From a virus: a DNA stretch of 64,000 nucleotides. Position 1 is the first letter of the stretch. Each line of letters starts with the position of its first letter. Of the stretch, positions 1 to 8,713 are shown piece after piece. The notes below the pieces were generated by a model. The model did not search any database. It was not told where the DNA came from and saw only the letters and a program-made list of their open reading frames with translations. Both the position numbers and the translations under genes were made by a program. The stretch lies in IMG/VR virus record IMGVR_UViG_3300029305_006397; one strand, written 5' to 3'.

Positions 1-40
1 TCATCTGCATCAAGGATATGTTCATTGATAATCTTCGGCA

Positions 41-481
41 TTAGGCAACCTCCTGTTTGATTTTCGATTCAGAGTTTTTATGGTCTGCTTCAATTTGGGC
101 CTCTTCGAATGATGAGAATAATTTGGATTCAGGAACCTCAAGTTTAGCGTCTCCGCAAGAAACTTCATAGCTTATATCAGTATCCGTCTCATCGTCTGAG
201 TCGTTATATGCAATAACGGCCTCAACTGTAAAAGGATATTTATCTGCATAATACATCCATTGAGTTTTTGCTAGTTTCCCTGCTTGGCAAAAATATCTGG
301 CAGGGGCATCCCCAAAGACATGAAAAACGGCAGCGCATTTGGCAATGCGGTCGCCTTCAAGTCTTACTTCTCCAGCGCCTTTACAGGCGGGGCAAAGCAA
401 ACCAGGAATCACGAGAGGACGATTTGAACTTTCAACACGATATACCTTGTCACCCACGTTGTATTTGCACTTAATGTTCAT
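41..481 (-). CDS. hypothetical protein (146 aa), CxxCxGxG zinc-finger-like motif
   Basis: ATG at 479-481 follows AGGAGG with a 7-nt spacer. The longer track ORF (to 658) would read through tRNA-Gln, so the internal start is preferred. Confidence 0.6.
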   Translation of the reverse strand: MNIKCKYNVGDKVYRVESSNRPLVIPGLLCPACKGAGEVRLEGDRIAKCAAVFHVFGDAPARYFCQAGKLAKTQWMYYADKYPFTVEAVIAYNDSDDETDTDISYEVSCGDAKLEVPESKLFSSFEEAQIEADHKNSESKIKQEVA

Positions 482-582
482 AGAAACCTCCTGAGATAAA
501 ATGAACCTGCAAACCAATAAAGGATAATCCGACGAATGGCGAAATATTTTTCCGACGATTGGTTGCAGGTTGAATTGTGAAA

Positions 583-657
583 TGGCTGGGGTAGTTGGAT
601 TCGAACCAACGATGTGGGAGTCAAAGTCCCATGCCTTAGCCGCTTGGCTATACCCCA
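583..657 (-). tRNA. tRNA-Gln (anticodon TTG)
   Basis: Reverse complement folds as a cloverleaf: acceptor TGGGGTA/TACCCCA, loop CTTTGAC, T-arm GTTGG-TTCGAAT-CCAAC, encoded CCA. Confidence 0.85.
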
Positions 658-1042
658 ACAGCAGAGAAGTTTAAACCTTGTGTTTTTTTAATGCGGAGCT
701 AACGGGACATTGTTTCAGCTCAGGCATTTCTTCGTAACACATTACTCCTACTTCCAAAGGATGCACTTTAAGACCGTATGTCTTGCTGCTGCGCAGAGGT
801 AGCATTTCCTCCGCTTGAACACTTTCGCAGTTCCCGGCACTAGACACTTTCGTAGTCTCCAACGCCATCGTTTGTATGCTCAATTTACTTTTACCCAGTA
901 GCGAACTGGAGAAGGCTGAACCACCTGGCTATAAATACAACAATGGTCTAAGCGTTAGGCAGACGGTCAAGAATCTGCCCCACGGAATCGTACCGTGCCA
1001 CCTGCGGTAAATAAGACGCAGGATCGAACCTCGCTTTTAGGA

Positions 1043-1384
1043 TTAATTTTGTATGGGTTTTGCAATTCTAAGTGCAATTGCAATACAGTAAATGCATGCC
1101 CATACATAATCAATTATGCCTTTCAAGCTCTCAAAAAATGTAGGCTTACGTTCCATCATACGACTAAGCTCGATCAAACGAACACGACGTTCACGGTCGC
1201 GAGTTTCCTCTACAATATGATGGATATCTGTAAGGTCTCGAAGCTGACGATTAAATTTCAAATTAAGCTCTTCAATTTCATTTTGGTGCTCAATTCTGGA
1301 TTTCTCCATTTCATGAGCATGGATTTCGTTGAGACGCCTGGTTTCATTAATTACCAAATTGATATCGCTGAGAGTGAGATTCAT
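1043..1384 (-). CDS. hypothetical protein (113 aa), coiled-coil with hydrophobic C-terminus
   Basis: Track ORF. AGGAGG lies 6 nt upstream of the ATG. Confidence 0.6.
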   Translation of the reverse strand: MNLTLSDINLVINETRRLNEIHAHEMEKSRIEHQNEIEELNLKFNRQLRDLTDIHHIVEETRDRERRVRLIELSRMMERKPTFFESLKGIIDYVWACIYCIAIALRIAKPIQN

Positions 1385-1428
1385 AGAAGCCTCCTATTGT
1401 TGTTCGTCGATATCTTTGAAAATAAAGA

Positions 1429-1505
1429 TGGTACTCCGGGAGGGACTTGAACCCCCGACTACAGACTTAGAAGGACTGTGCTCTTTCCAACTGAGCTACC
1501 GGAGC
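1429..1505 (-). tRNA. tRNA-Arg (anticodon TCT)
   Basis: Acceptor GCTCCGG/CCGGAGT, D-arm TAGCTCAGTTGGAAAGAGCA, loop CTTCTAA, T-loop GGTTCAAGTCC, encoded CCA. Confidence 0.85.
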
Positions 1506-1509
1506 ATAT

Positions 1510-1585
1510 TGGCAGGGAAGAAGAGATTCGAACTCTTATCTACATCGGTTTTGGAGACCGGAGTTTTGCATTAAACTACTTCCCT
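1510..1585 (-). tRNA. tRNA-Trp (anticodon CCA)
   Basis: Acceptor AGGGAAG/CTTCCCT, loop CTCCAAA, T-arm AAGAG-TTCGAAT-CTCTT, encoded CCA. Lies 4 nt from tRNA-Arg. Confidence 0.8.
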
Positions 1586-1935
1586 ATTTATTATTATTGA
1601 GCCATAGGACTTTCACCTATGGGAGCAAGGGTTAGGTTTCGTGTTTGCAACCACTTTCTAACGGTCTATTTCTAATTACTAATCTTGCCGACCAAGCATC
1701 TACAATTTTACCTTGCTTTTTCATATTTCGTACTTTTAAGAGATTTTCTTTTTGCTCGGCATCAACAGGACTTGAACCTGAACCCTCCGGCCAGCACTAT
1801 CCAGCCAGCATGCTCTCCACCTACACCAGACACCTAATCCCTGCCACACAAACCATCGGCTGTACCTTCCGTTATAGGCTTGTTTGTACGTTGTGGCATA
1901 CTCCATATGGCTTTGTACTCACCACTCAAAAATAA

Positions 1936-2199
1936 TCACGTTTGCTTTTTGCGAAGCGCCTGAACCTTGCGATTAAAAGCATGAATCTCGCTTTTTGTAA
2001 GGTTGGGCTTGATTTCTACGATTGAAAGATTCCATGAATAAAGGATGTCTTTGCTAGTGCCAGATAACTTGTTTGCATTGACTACAAAACGAGCCAATTG
2101 ATCAAGCGTTTCAAACCTACGAACAAAAGCTCCGCGACAATGACGATTAAAAGATTTAAACTTCAATCCTGACCTTGCAAATGCAACTTCATAACGCAT
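1936..2199 (-). CDS. hypothetical basic protein (87 aa)
   Basis: Track ORF. AAAGAGG SD upstream of the ATG. Embedded in the tRNA array. Confidence 0.5.
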   Translation of the reverse strand: MRYEVAFARSGLKFKSFNRHCRGAFVRRFETLDQLARFVVNANKLSGTSKDILYSWNLSIVEIKPNLTKSEIHAFNRKVQALRKKQT

Positions 2200-2480
2200 A
2201 AAGTACCTCTTTCATAACCGGGTTACGATCTACACGGTAGACGGCCTGTCCCCTACCCCTTTAGCCTTGGACTGTTTGGCTTCCCTCGTTGGTTGATGGT
2301 CGCGTCCAACTCTTTCAACCTCTTTCACTGCCCCTCGAACGTATTACCAGTGCCAACACCCACTTAGCGTTAAGCAGAATTACATCGACGTTGTTGGCTG
2401 CGCGAATGACTGCGCGTACATAAGCTTCATTAAATGGCCGTCTGCTGCGGCATCAACTTAAGAAAAGAAAGAAAGGAGTT

Positions 2481-2551
2481 TGCTTCGAGACGGAATCGAA
2501 CCGCCGACAAGAGCCATTCCAGCTTTTACTCTTCCCCTGAGTTACCGAAGC
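2481..2551 (-). tRNA. tRNA-like, possibly tRNA-Phe (GAA), irregular anticodon arm, no encoded CCA
   Basis: Good acceptor (GCTTCGG/TCGAAGC), D-arm (ACTC/GAGT) and T-arm (GGCGG-TTCGATT-CCGTC). The anticodon stem has one mismatch and the loop TGGAATG has G at position 33. Confidence 0.5.
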
Positions 2552-2554
2552 ATG

Positions 2555-2630
2555 TGGAGCTGGCGAAGGGACTTGAACCCGCAACCTGCTGATTACAAAT
2601 CAGCTGCTCTGCCAATTGAGCTACGCCAGC
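2555..2630 (-). tRNA. tRNA-Thr (anticodon TGT)
   Basis: Acceptor GCTGGCG/CGCCAGC, arm CAGCTGA-TTTGTAA-TCAGCAG, T-loop GGTTCAAGTCC, encoded CCA. Confidence 0.9.
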
Positions 2631-2639
2631 CCGATATAT

Positions 2640-2762
2640 TTACTGGGTTTCCAGTAAACGAATACGACGTTTGAGTTTATTGATAATGTTAACATTGACA
2701 ACGGGATCGCGCATCTGCAGGATGTGCATGCGAATGGAGAGAGATTCGATAGAGTTTTTCAT
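2640..2762 (-). CDS. possible small ORF (40 aa)
   Basis: ATG follows AAGAGG. Reads MKNSIESLSIRMHILQMRDPVVNVNIINKLKRRIRLLETQ. Lies between two tRNAs and is below the track size cutoff. Confidence 0.3.
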   Translation of the reverse strand: MKNSIESLSIRMHILQMRDPVVNVNIINKLKRRIRLLETQ

Positions 2763-2792
2763 GGATTTGTACCTCTTTCATTGAATTTTAGA

Positions 2793-2869
2793 TGGAGCAC
2801 CAGACGGGACTCGAACCCGCAAACCTCCGGCTTGGAAGGCCAGCATTCTAACCATTGAACTACTGGTGC
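2793..2869 (-). tRNA. tRNA-Gly (anticodon TCC)
   Basis: Acceptor GCACCAG/CTGGTGC, loop CTTCCAA, T-loop GGTTCGAGTCC, encoded CCA. Confidence 0.9.
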
Positions 2870-3124
2870 ATATACCCTAATCTGTTATCGTACAGATTGG
2901 TAGAAACGCCGGATTTGCACCGGGACTCGCGAGTGTCTTTGGGCGCAGCCAGGGATCGAACCCGGAAATCAAGACTTGGCTTCCTGCATTTTGCCTCTTA
3001 AATTACTGAGCCATAAAACTCCCGGTGGGTTCTCAGGCCCACATTGCCCGTTTACCGAAGCAGTGACGGCAGTCCTTCAGGTGATAAGCTTAAAGTCACC
3101 CTTGCGAATTTGTACGACAGGAGT

Positions 3125-3210
3125 TGGTGAATACAATTGGATTCGAACCAATGCTCGACGACTGAGCCAAAGGCATGGGCCGTCCGTGCTAACCGCTACA
3201 CCATATATTC
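3125..3210 (-). tRNA. noncanonical tRNA-like gene (86 nt) with 16-18 nt anticodon loop (contains CAT)
   Basis: Acceptor GAATATA/TGTATTC, D-arm GTGT-AGCGGTTA-GCAC, T-arm ATTGG-TTCGAAT-CCAAT, encoded ACCA. The stem GACGG/TCGTC encloses CCCATGCCTTTGGCTCAG instead of a 7-nt loop. Confidence 0.45.
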
Positions 3211-3358
3211 ATGCATCCGACTAAGCAGTAGTCGGCACTGTGAAACACGCCGCGTGACACCTCGTCTGCGTCTGCGTCTGCGATTTCAATCAGTGATATC
3301 GCCACTGATCCTCCCCTTGTCATCGGGAAAACTATCTTGACCAAGCGATATTTGGGAC

Positions 3359-3435
3359 TGGTGGGGGCCACAGGACTCGAACCTGTGACCGATCGGTTAT
3401 GAGCCGACTGCTCTGACCAACTGCGCTAGACCCCC
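3359..3435 (-). tRNA. tRNA-Met (anticodon CAT; could be Ile2 or initiator)
   Basis: Acceptor GGGGGTC/GGCCCCC, loop CTCATAA, T-loop GGTTCGAGTCC, encoded CCA. Confidence 0.85.
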
Positions 3436-3814
3436 ATATGTAATGCCCCTGGTTGTATTAAATACATATGCATATGGATAGCTACGTCCCGCGAAGGAGT
3501 ATTCGCGTGTATGCCTGACTTAAATCACGGACTCCAATTGTATTACTATGTGACGCATACTTTCGTTTTTATCCGCTATCTGGACGGGGCAGGTTAAGCG
3601 ATAACCTATGCCTTTCGACAACCCAGCCTCTAATAAGAGGCTGACGCTCATGGCCTAATGTCCTGTTTCAACTCGCCATGACGAGCAATCACCTGCAAGA
3701 ATCGAACCTGCCTGGAAGTCAAGCTTCCTTTACTGCCGCCCAGAAGTGATTAAGATGGATTGTTTGACTTTAATTTGATAAGCGGAGGCCAAACAACCAA
3801 ATTTCTCTCACGAT

Positions 3815-3900
<86 letters not shown>

Positions 3901-3978
3901 AGATTGGTGGGCCTTAACGTCGGCCCAAACGACAGATGGGTTTATGCGCTGCGTAACCTCTTTTGCTCTTAACCGCGA

Positions 3979-4061
3979 TGGTGGGGATGGTGGGACTTGA
4001 ACCCACACGGTCTAGCCGTCGCATTTTGAGTGCGATGCGTCTGCCATTCCGCCACAACCCC
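3979..4061 (-). tRNA. tRNA-Leu (anticodon CAA)
   Basis: Class II tRNA: GGCGGAATGGCAGACGC D-arm, loop CTCAAAA, long variable arm, T-loop GGTTCAAGTCC, encoded CCA. One acceptor mismatch. Confidence 0.85.
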
Positions 4062-4174
4062 GCCTAGTATGGCATGCCGTTCGGCTTACGACGGCCATAA
4101 CGCCGGATTTAGGAAATCACCCAAGAAAGGAGGTGTACATATGAAACCGTATCTCACCCGGAATCAGATGTAAG

Positions 4175-4250
4175 TGGTGAAAGTGGCGGGATTCGAACCC
4201 GCGACTCACAGATTAAAAGTCTGTTACTCTACCGACTGAGTTACACTTCC
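4175..4250 (-). tRNA. tRNA-Lys (anticodon TTT)
   Basis: Acceptor GGAAGTG/CACTTTC, loop CTTTTAA, T-loop GGTTCGAATCC, encoded CCA. First gene of the leftward array. Confidence 0.9.
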
Positions 4251-4258
4251 AAGTAATT

Positions 4259-4276
4259 TTTGCACATAATGTTTAT
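4259..4276 (-). promoter_or_regulatory. conserved 18-nt motif copy A (sense ATAAACATTATGTGCAAA)
   Basis: Ends 8 nt upstream of the tRNA-Lys 5' end. One of 8 near-identical copies in the window. Confidence 0.5.
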
Positions 4277-4317
4277 TGTTTATCAGATCAATCCGAATTA
4301 TCGTTTTCATCTTTATT

Positions 4318-4335
4318 TTTGCATATAATGTTTAT
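4318..4335 (-). promoter_or_regulatory. conserved 18-nt motif copy B (ATAAACATTATATGCAAA)
   Basis: Second copy in the spacer between rtcB and the tRNA array. Confidence 0.5.
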
Positions 4336-4427
4336 AAGCAATAAAAGAATGATTTACTGCCTTTTCAAATGATCGCCATTTGAATGCCTTCGGATTGATT
4401 GATAATAGACAGTGATTCATTTTATCG

Positions 4428-4445
4428 TTTGCACTTAATGTTTAT
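4428..4445 (-). promoter_or_regulatory. conserved 18-nt motif copy C (ATAAACATTAAGTGCAAA)
   Basis: Third copy in the spacer between rtcB and the tRNA array. Confidence 0.5.
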
Positions 4446-4537
4446 TAAAACATCTTAAATCGCCAACGACTGTAATAATACTACCACAAGATTCATAGCT
4501 TGTCAACCCCTTTTTCAAACTTTTTTGAAAAAAATTT

Positions 4538-5713
4538 TCAAGCTTCTGCTTTAAAATTATAGATGGGTTTAAAACGATCTACGATATCTACGGTTGGGCC
4601 AATGCAATTAATAATTTCCTGATAATCCTTGTAAACAAAAGGAGCTTCATCCAAGGTTGATTCATTAATGCATGTGGAATATATGCCATTCATAGTTTCG
4701 GCATATTCTTCTACGGTAAATATCTTCTTTGCCTGTGCGCGAGAATACAGGCGACCAGCTCCATGAGGAGCAGAACAATTCCATTCGGTATTGCCCTTTC
4801 CTCTGCAGATCAAAAGACCATCACGCATATTAAGAGGAATTACAAGAAACTGACCTTGCTGCGCAGAGATTGCGCCTTTGCGCAAAATCATTTCTTTCAC
4901 ATTGATATAATTATGTACACTATCAATGCAATAATCGATTTCACCACCCATAGCAGATACGATTGTATGCAACATTATCCATCTATTCTGTTCAGCAAAT
5001 TCCTGTAGAATTGCAACGTCATGAAGATAATCATCCATGTCCTGTCCGGTAAGATAACAAAGATCGGGATCAATTGCGATATGATGTTCAGACAGCCATT
5101 GCTGGCGCATAACAGGTTCAATAAACTGCAGTTGCTCCATGCGCAAATTATAGTTGTATTTCTTTATGCGATTTACGGCGAGGTTCTGGTAGTATTGAGC
5201 CACTTTCAGGCCGATATTGCGACTGCCTGAATGAACAGCGATATATCCATTTTCATACGCTTCGATGAAATGGTTCCCACCTCCAAGAGTTCCAAGGGTA
5301 CACTTTGCCCTTTCCTGGGTCGCTTTATCCAATTTGTCCCAGCACCGCAATTCTTCGAAATCTCGTTCCCATACCTTCTCAGTCGAATGTACATCCATAC
5401 CAAACGGAATACTAGATCGGATAGCGGCGTCCAATTCATCAAGGCGAGAATCAAAATCAATATTGGTTTGTACAAGTGATACACCACAACCGATATCTAC
5501 GCCAACCAAATTCGGGCATACCTTATCCGTGATATGCATAGTAGTACCGATTACACAGCCAGCTCCGGCATGGGCATCCGGCATGATTCGAATATGTGCG
5601 TCCTTACCCAAAGGAGAATCCGCCATCTTTTTAATTTGATCGATAGCTTGATCCTCAATTGTCTTAGCATAAATGACGACATCATCACCATGGGTAGACT
5701 TATATATTTTCAC
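4538..5713 (-). CDS. rtcB: RtcB-family RNA 3'-phosphate/2',3'-cyclic phosphate to 5'-OH ligase
   Basis: 391 aa with RtcB hallmarks: MPDAHAGAGCVIG, GGGNHFIE, HSGSRNIG, SAPHGAGR. GTG start follows AAGGTGA. Confidence 0.9.
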   Translation of the reverse strand: MKIYKSTHGDDVVIYAKTIEDQAIDQIKKMADSPLGKDAHIRIMPDAHAGAGCVIGTTMHITDKVCPNLVGVDIGCGVSLVQTNIDFDSRLDELDAAIRSSIPFGMDVHSTEKVWERDFEELRCWDKLDKATQERAKCTLGTLGGGNHFIEAYENGYIAVHSGSRNIGLKVAQYYQNLAVNRIKKYNYNLRMEQLQFIEPVMRQQWLSEHHIAIDPDLCYLTGQDMDDYLHDVAILQEFAEQNRWIMLHTIVSAMGGEIDYCIDSVHNYINVKEMILRKGAISAQQGQFLVIPLNMRDGLLICRGKGNTEWNCSAPHGAGRLYSRAQAKKIFTVEEYAETMNGIYSTCINESTLDEAPFVYKDYQEIINCIGPTVDIVDRFKPIYNFKAEA

Positions 5714-5793
5714 TTTTTCTCACCTTCTCAGTAAATTCTTCAAGACTATAAAAGGTATTATAAAACCCCTATAATCCTATTTTATACTCATGA

Positions 5794-6432
5794 TTAAACC
5801 TCATTCAATTCCTTGTACCTTTCCAACAGCGCAGCCATTTCAGGATTCTTATCTGCAATTGCCTGGTAAAGAATAAGTTCCTGATTATCCTTCACCATCT
5901 TGTCCATTTGCTTTTTCAGTGCTTCCTTGGCCTTACGCTGTTCCCGGCGTCTATGATAGGCTTCGAAATCGACCTTACAGACGACTTCTTTTACAGGCAT
6001 AGTCCAGCCACTTTCACGGGCTTCATCCTGTGTAGCAAGACCTGAGACCCTACAAACCTGGAATCCACTAGCTGAATCAACAAGCACATAATCATTTACT
6101 TTTACCAGATGTTCAGGATCGAAAAGTGCAAAATAATAATCCTTCACCGGGTTTGTACCATCAACAAAACGGCAAGCTGCCACCATATAATTTCCAGAAA
6201 CTGCCATATGATTCTTCTCCTTATTCTCTTTTGCTTCTTTTGCAATTTTATATTTGCGACCAACCCATATCAAACTATAGGGACTGTATTCATATGTTCC
6301 ATAGCCATTGTCAAGTTCTACTCTGATACGACTACCATCAAAACAATTTAAAGCTACGATCACGCCATATCTGCCATTGGTATAAGCTTTAGGCGATTGA
6401 ATTTTCACCCGGTCTCCAATAGAAAATTTCAC
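5794..6432 (-). CDS. hypothetical protein (212 aa), N-terminal SH3/KOW-like segment
   Basis: Track ORF trimmed to the GTG at 6430-6432, immediately after the upstream stop. The longer form would overlap the ParB-like gene by 80 nt. Confidence 0.55.
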   Translation of the reverse strand: MKFSIGDRVKIQSPKAYTNGRYGVIVALNCFDGSRIRVELDNGYGTYEYSPYSLIWVGRKYKIAKEAKENKEKNHMAVSGNYMVAACRFVDGTNPVKDYYFALFDPEHLVKVNDYVLVDSASGFQVCRVSGLATQDEARESGWTMPVKEVVCKVDFEAYHRRREQRKAKEALKKQMDKMVKDNQELILYQAIADKNPEMAALLERYKELNEV

Positions 6433-6433
6433 A

Positions 6434-6925
6434 TTAATCACCAGCCTGATTCTTAGCCGATGCGCCTTTGAGCTTTTTAACAACGGGCTTATGTCGCAAA
6501 AGCTTTTCGTCATCCGAAGTAAACACCTTAGTTACGGTAACGACAGATGTATTGGAACCATCCTTGCATTTGGATTTGACCTGTACAATATCTCCAACTT
6601 CAATAGACATGCGCTTTGCAACGCGCCAGGTATATTCCTTATCATTTCCTTCAAATTTGCCGCAGATATATACCGAGACTACGTTATCAAGCTGTTTCTG
6701 CTGCTCAGATACAGAAATATAGGGAATATGATCCATTCCGGCTTCGATAGCTACAAGATAACGAACATAGCCATCGACAAGGACATTATCGGATAGAACT
6801 ACGGGGCGATCCAATTTACCATTTTCTTTGAGGTATGTACGAACGACATCCATTTTGTGAGTACCAGGTTTAGTGTTGCGAAAAGACGACGGTACATAGA
6901 TATCCTTAATGTTGATCTTTTTCAT
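6434..6925 (-). CDS. ParB/Srx-fold N-terminal domain protein (163 aa)
   Basis: Motif LVDGYVRYLVA matches the ParB-like DGxxRxxA signature. Clean ATG start. Confidence 0.65.
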   Translation of the reverse strand: MKKINIKDIYVPSSFRNTKPGTHKMDVVRTYLKENGKLDRPVVLSDNVLVDGYVRYLVAIEAGMDHIPYISVSEQQKQLDNVVSVYICGKFEGNDKEYTWRVAKRMSIEVGDIVQVKSKCKDGSNTSVVTVTKVFTSDDEKLLRHKPVVKKLKGASAKNQAGD

Positions 6926-6954
6926 TATTGTGCCTCCAATTCATATGTCGTGAG

Positions 6955-7395
6955 TTATTCAACAACCAGTTCAAGTTTTGTAAAAGTGGAAAGTTCATCG
7001 ACAAGATAGATTTCAAAGCAATCGCAGCCATCCTGAGTGCCAACGTATTTAAAAGCAATATGTGCAATATCCAATGCTTCTTCTACCATATAATCGTAAC
7101 CATCCTGATCGAGAATCCAGAGGGCATCGGTACATTCAGAAAGGCGCAGATTGTAACCGTAGTCAAAACCCAGCAAGTCAAAGCTGCCTCTATTCTTTTC
7201 GTAATCAAGGACTCGAAGTGTTTTGATGGTACGAGATTCTTTAATTTCTGAGCGAATGCGGCGCAACACAAAAATGGGATCATCAAAAGATTGGGAAACC
7301 TCGTTAATCCATGAATGATCCTGGGTAAATAAAGAACAAGGATTATCGATGATTTGAAGATGAAAAGGATTGGCGACGATGATTTCAGTATTCAT
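6955..7395 (-). CDS. hypothetical protein (146 aa)
   Basis: Track ORF. AAGGAGAG SD upstream of the ATG. Confidence 0.6.
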   Translation of the reverse strand: MNTEIIVANPFHLQIIDNPCSLFTQDHSWINEVSQSFDDPIFVLRRIRSEIKESRTIKTLRVLDYEKNRGSFDLLGFDYGYNLRLSECTDALWILDQDGYDYMVEEALDIAHIAFKYVGTQDGCDCFEIYLVDELSTFTKLELVVE

Positions 7396-7468
7396 AAAAA
7401 TCTCTCCTTATAAAATAATCTTAAACTGGTATTCTTTACAAGGAGTAGAAAATGTGCTATGATATAGA

Positions 7469-7514
7469 CGCATAAAGACCTCCAAGTACGGCATCTTTTC
7501 GCATAAAGACCTCC
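7469..7514 (-). repeat. two 15-nt direct repeats CGCATAAAGACCTCC (7469-7483, 7500-7514)
   Basis: Exact duplicate. On the minus strand each reads GGAGGTCTTTATGCG, i.e. an SD plus ATG heading 15- and 21-codon mini-ORFs. Confidence 0.6.
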
Positions 7515-7599
7515 TGTACTGAAGCCTTTATGTCCAACAAAGCACACTTAACGAAGCCATCCGGTAAAGACGGCCAATTAAGCTGTTTTGTTGTTGGGG

Positions 7600-7647
7600 C
7601 CACCTTGAGTTGATCCGCCAAGATTCAGAACTCAAGGTGGTTTTTAT
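7600..7647 (+). terminator. 12-bp hairpin plus T-run (intrinsic-terminator-like, plus-strand sense)
   Basis: CCACCTTGAGTT...AACTCAAGGTGG followed by TTTTTAT. Orientation is antisense to the flanking genes. Confidence 0.4.
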
Positions 7648-7756
7648 GTTCCAGAACGCTTATCGAACAAGCGTTTGGTTGATATTTCTAATGATACCAC
7701 ATAATGTCACGTTTTGCAATGGTACTAAATGGGATTTTCAGAACATTCGTTCGATT

Positions 7757-8713
7757 TTACGTTTTGTTCGGGCTAATTGGTACATCAAACATATCTACTC
7801 GTCCACGCATAGTAACAAGAAAATTCGGAAGCTCAGACTTGTATTTACTTCGTTTCAATTCATTTTGAATAATTTCAAATCCTCGCTTATTTCGGGAGCG
7901 CTTTTCAAATACCTCAGACATATCAAGTCCTTCCTTATGAAGATTGATCGCAATACGATGCATAATTCCACTTATATAAACATCATACGGGCGAATATCA
8001 TAATCAATATAGCGTTTTGCAATATTTCTAAACGCAGTTTGATGTTTAACGTGGGCAAACCTCCCGTCAGACGAAGATCGAGCTGCCATCTTGAAACAAC
8101 TATCTACATGTTCGCCTTCCAATGGAGAACGAGAAACCGTTCCGAATCGGTTGGGATGTTCCCAAACACTTATTTTGCTAAGTTCTATGAGATCGTTAGC
8201 AAGTTTTGCAGATATTTCCAAATCGTAGATTTCGCCCTCGTCTGTGTGCAAAGTTACAAAGCCATCATGGATATCTTCACTCTTCAAGTGAACCAACACA
8301 TCCAAATTATCATTATAAATGCCTTCATAAATAGAACGCATCAGACAGGTATAGTACAGCACATTGTATTCTTCTTCAGTTTGAATCCTGGAGCAAAGAG
8401 CTTCAAAATCTGCATTTGAGATGTATTTCTTTGAATTTTCCTTATACATTTCCCAAAACACGCCTTTATCAAATCTGCGAACAGCGCTAACGATATCTTT
8501 TCTGTTTATAAAATAAGCATATTTTATAATAATGGTAAGATATTGAGATACAATGCGATCCGATACAGGTTTAGCCTCAATGAGAATATCAGCAATCGAC
8601 TGCTGTGTAAAACTTTCAAAATCATATTCTTCCAAAGCGGTAAATGTTTTTGCAGTTCGTTTCAATCCAGAAGATTCGATTGAATCTAAAAACCGGGCAT
8701 ACGTTTCCTTCAT
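7757..8713 (-). CDS. hypothetical protein (318 aa), possibly a divergent tyrosine-recombinase-like protein
   Basis: Track ORF with an ATG start. Weak resemblance only (LMRSIYEG, GIMHRIA, C-terminal KYK). Adjacent to a clear integrase. Confidence 0.55.
   Translation of the reverse strand: MKETYARFLDSIESSGLKRTAKTFTALEEYDFESFTQQSIADILIEAKPVSDRIVSQYLTIIIKYAYFINRKDIVSAVRRFDKGVFWEMYKENSKKYISNADFEALCSRIQTEEEYNVLYYTCLMRSIYEGIYNDNLDVLVHLKSEDIHDGFVTLHTDEGEIYDLEISAKLANDLIELSKISVWEHPNRFGTVSRSPLEGEHVDSCFKMAARSSSDGRFAHVKHQTAFRNIAKRYIDYDIRPYDVYISGIMHRIAINLHKEGLDMSEVFEKRSRNKRGFEIIQNELKRSKYKSELPNFLVTMRGRVDMFDVPISPNKT

Noticed and set aside
482-658. N-terminal extension of ORF 41..658.
   Set aside because: It would translate through tRNA-Gln (583-657). 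A strong AGGAGG plus ATG exists at 481.
671-883. 70-aa minus ORF. Other ORFs in tRNA spacers: 1645..1935, 2976..3371, 3760..3972, 40647..41045, 41338..41553.
   Set aside because: They have non-ATG or SD-less starts, overlap tRNAs or GC-rich structured spacers, and are most likely noncoding.
1001-1040. GGTTCGATCC T-loop-like sequence on the minus strand.
   Set aside because: The flanking bases do not form a T stem or acceptor stem, and part of it lies inside ORF 1043..1384.
1745-1860. T-arm (CAGG-TTCAAGT-CCTG) with GGAGAGC-type upstream sequence, considered as a class II tRNA.
   Set aside because: No 5' acceptor strand complementary to TTGATGCC, and no anticodon stem could be found. It is kept only as part of the aberrant tRNA-like observation.
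2895-2925. GGTGCAAATCC motif (also at 40088-40100), considered as a cobalamin-riboswitch core.
   Set aside because: The accompanying GGGAA, B12-box and other conserved riboswitch elements are absent, and the context is a tRNA array.
3687-3750. 64-nt tRNA-like element (acceptor ATCACTT/AGGTGAT, T-arm GCAGG-TTCGATT-CTTGC, GGAAG-CTTGA-CTTCC hairpin).
   Set aside because: The D-arm is missing and the anticodon hairpin has a 5-nt loop. It is probably a decayed tRNA-Gln-like copy.
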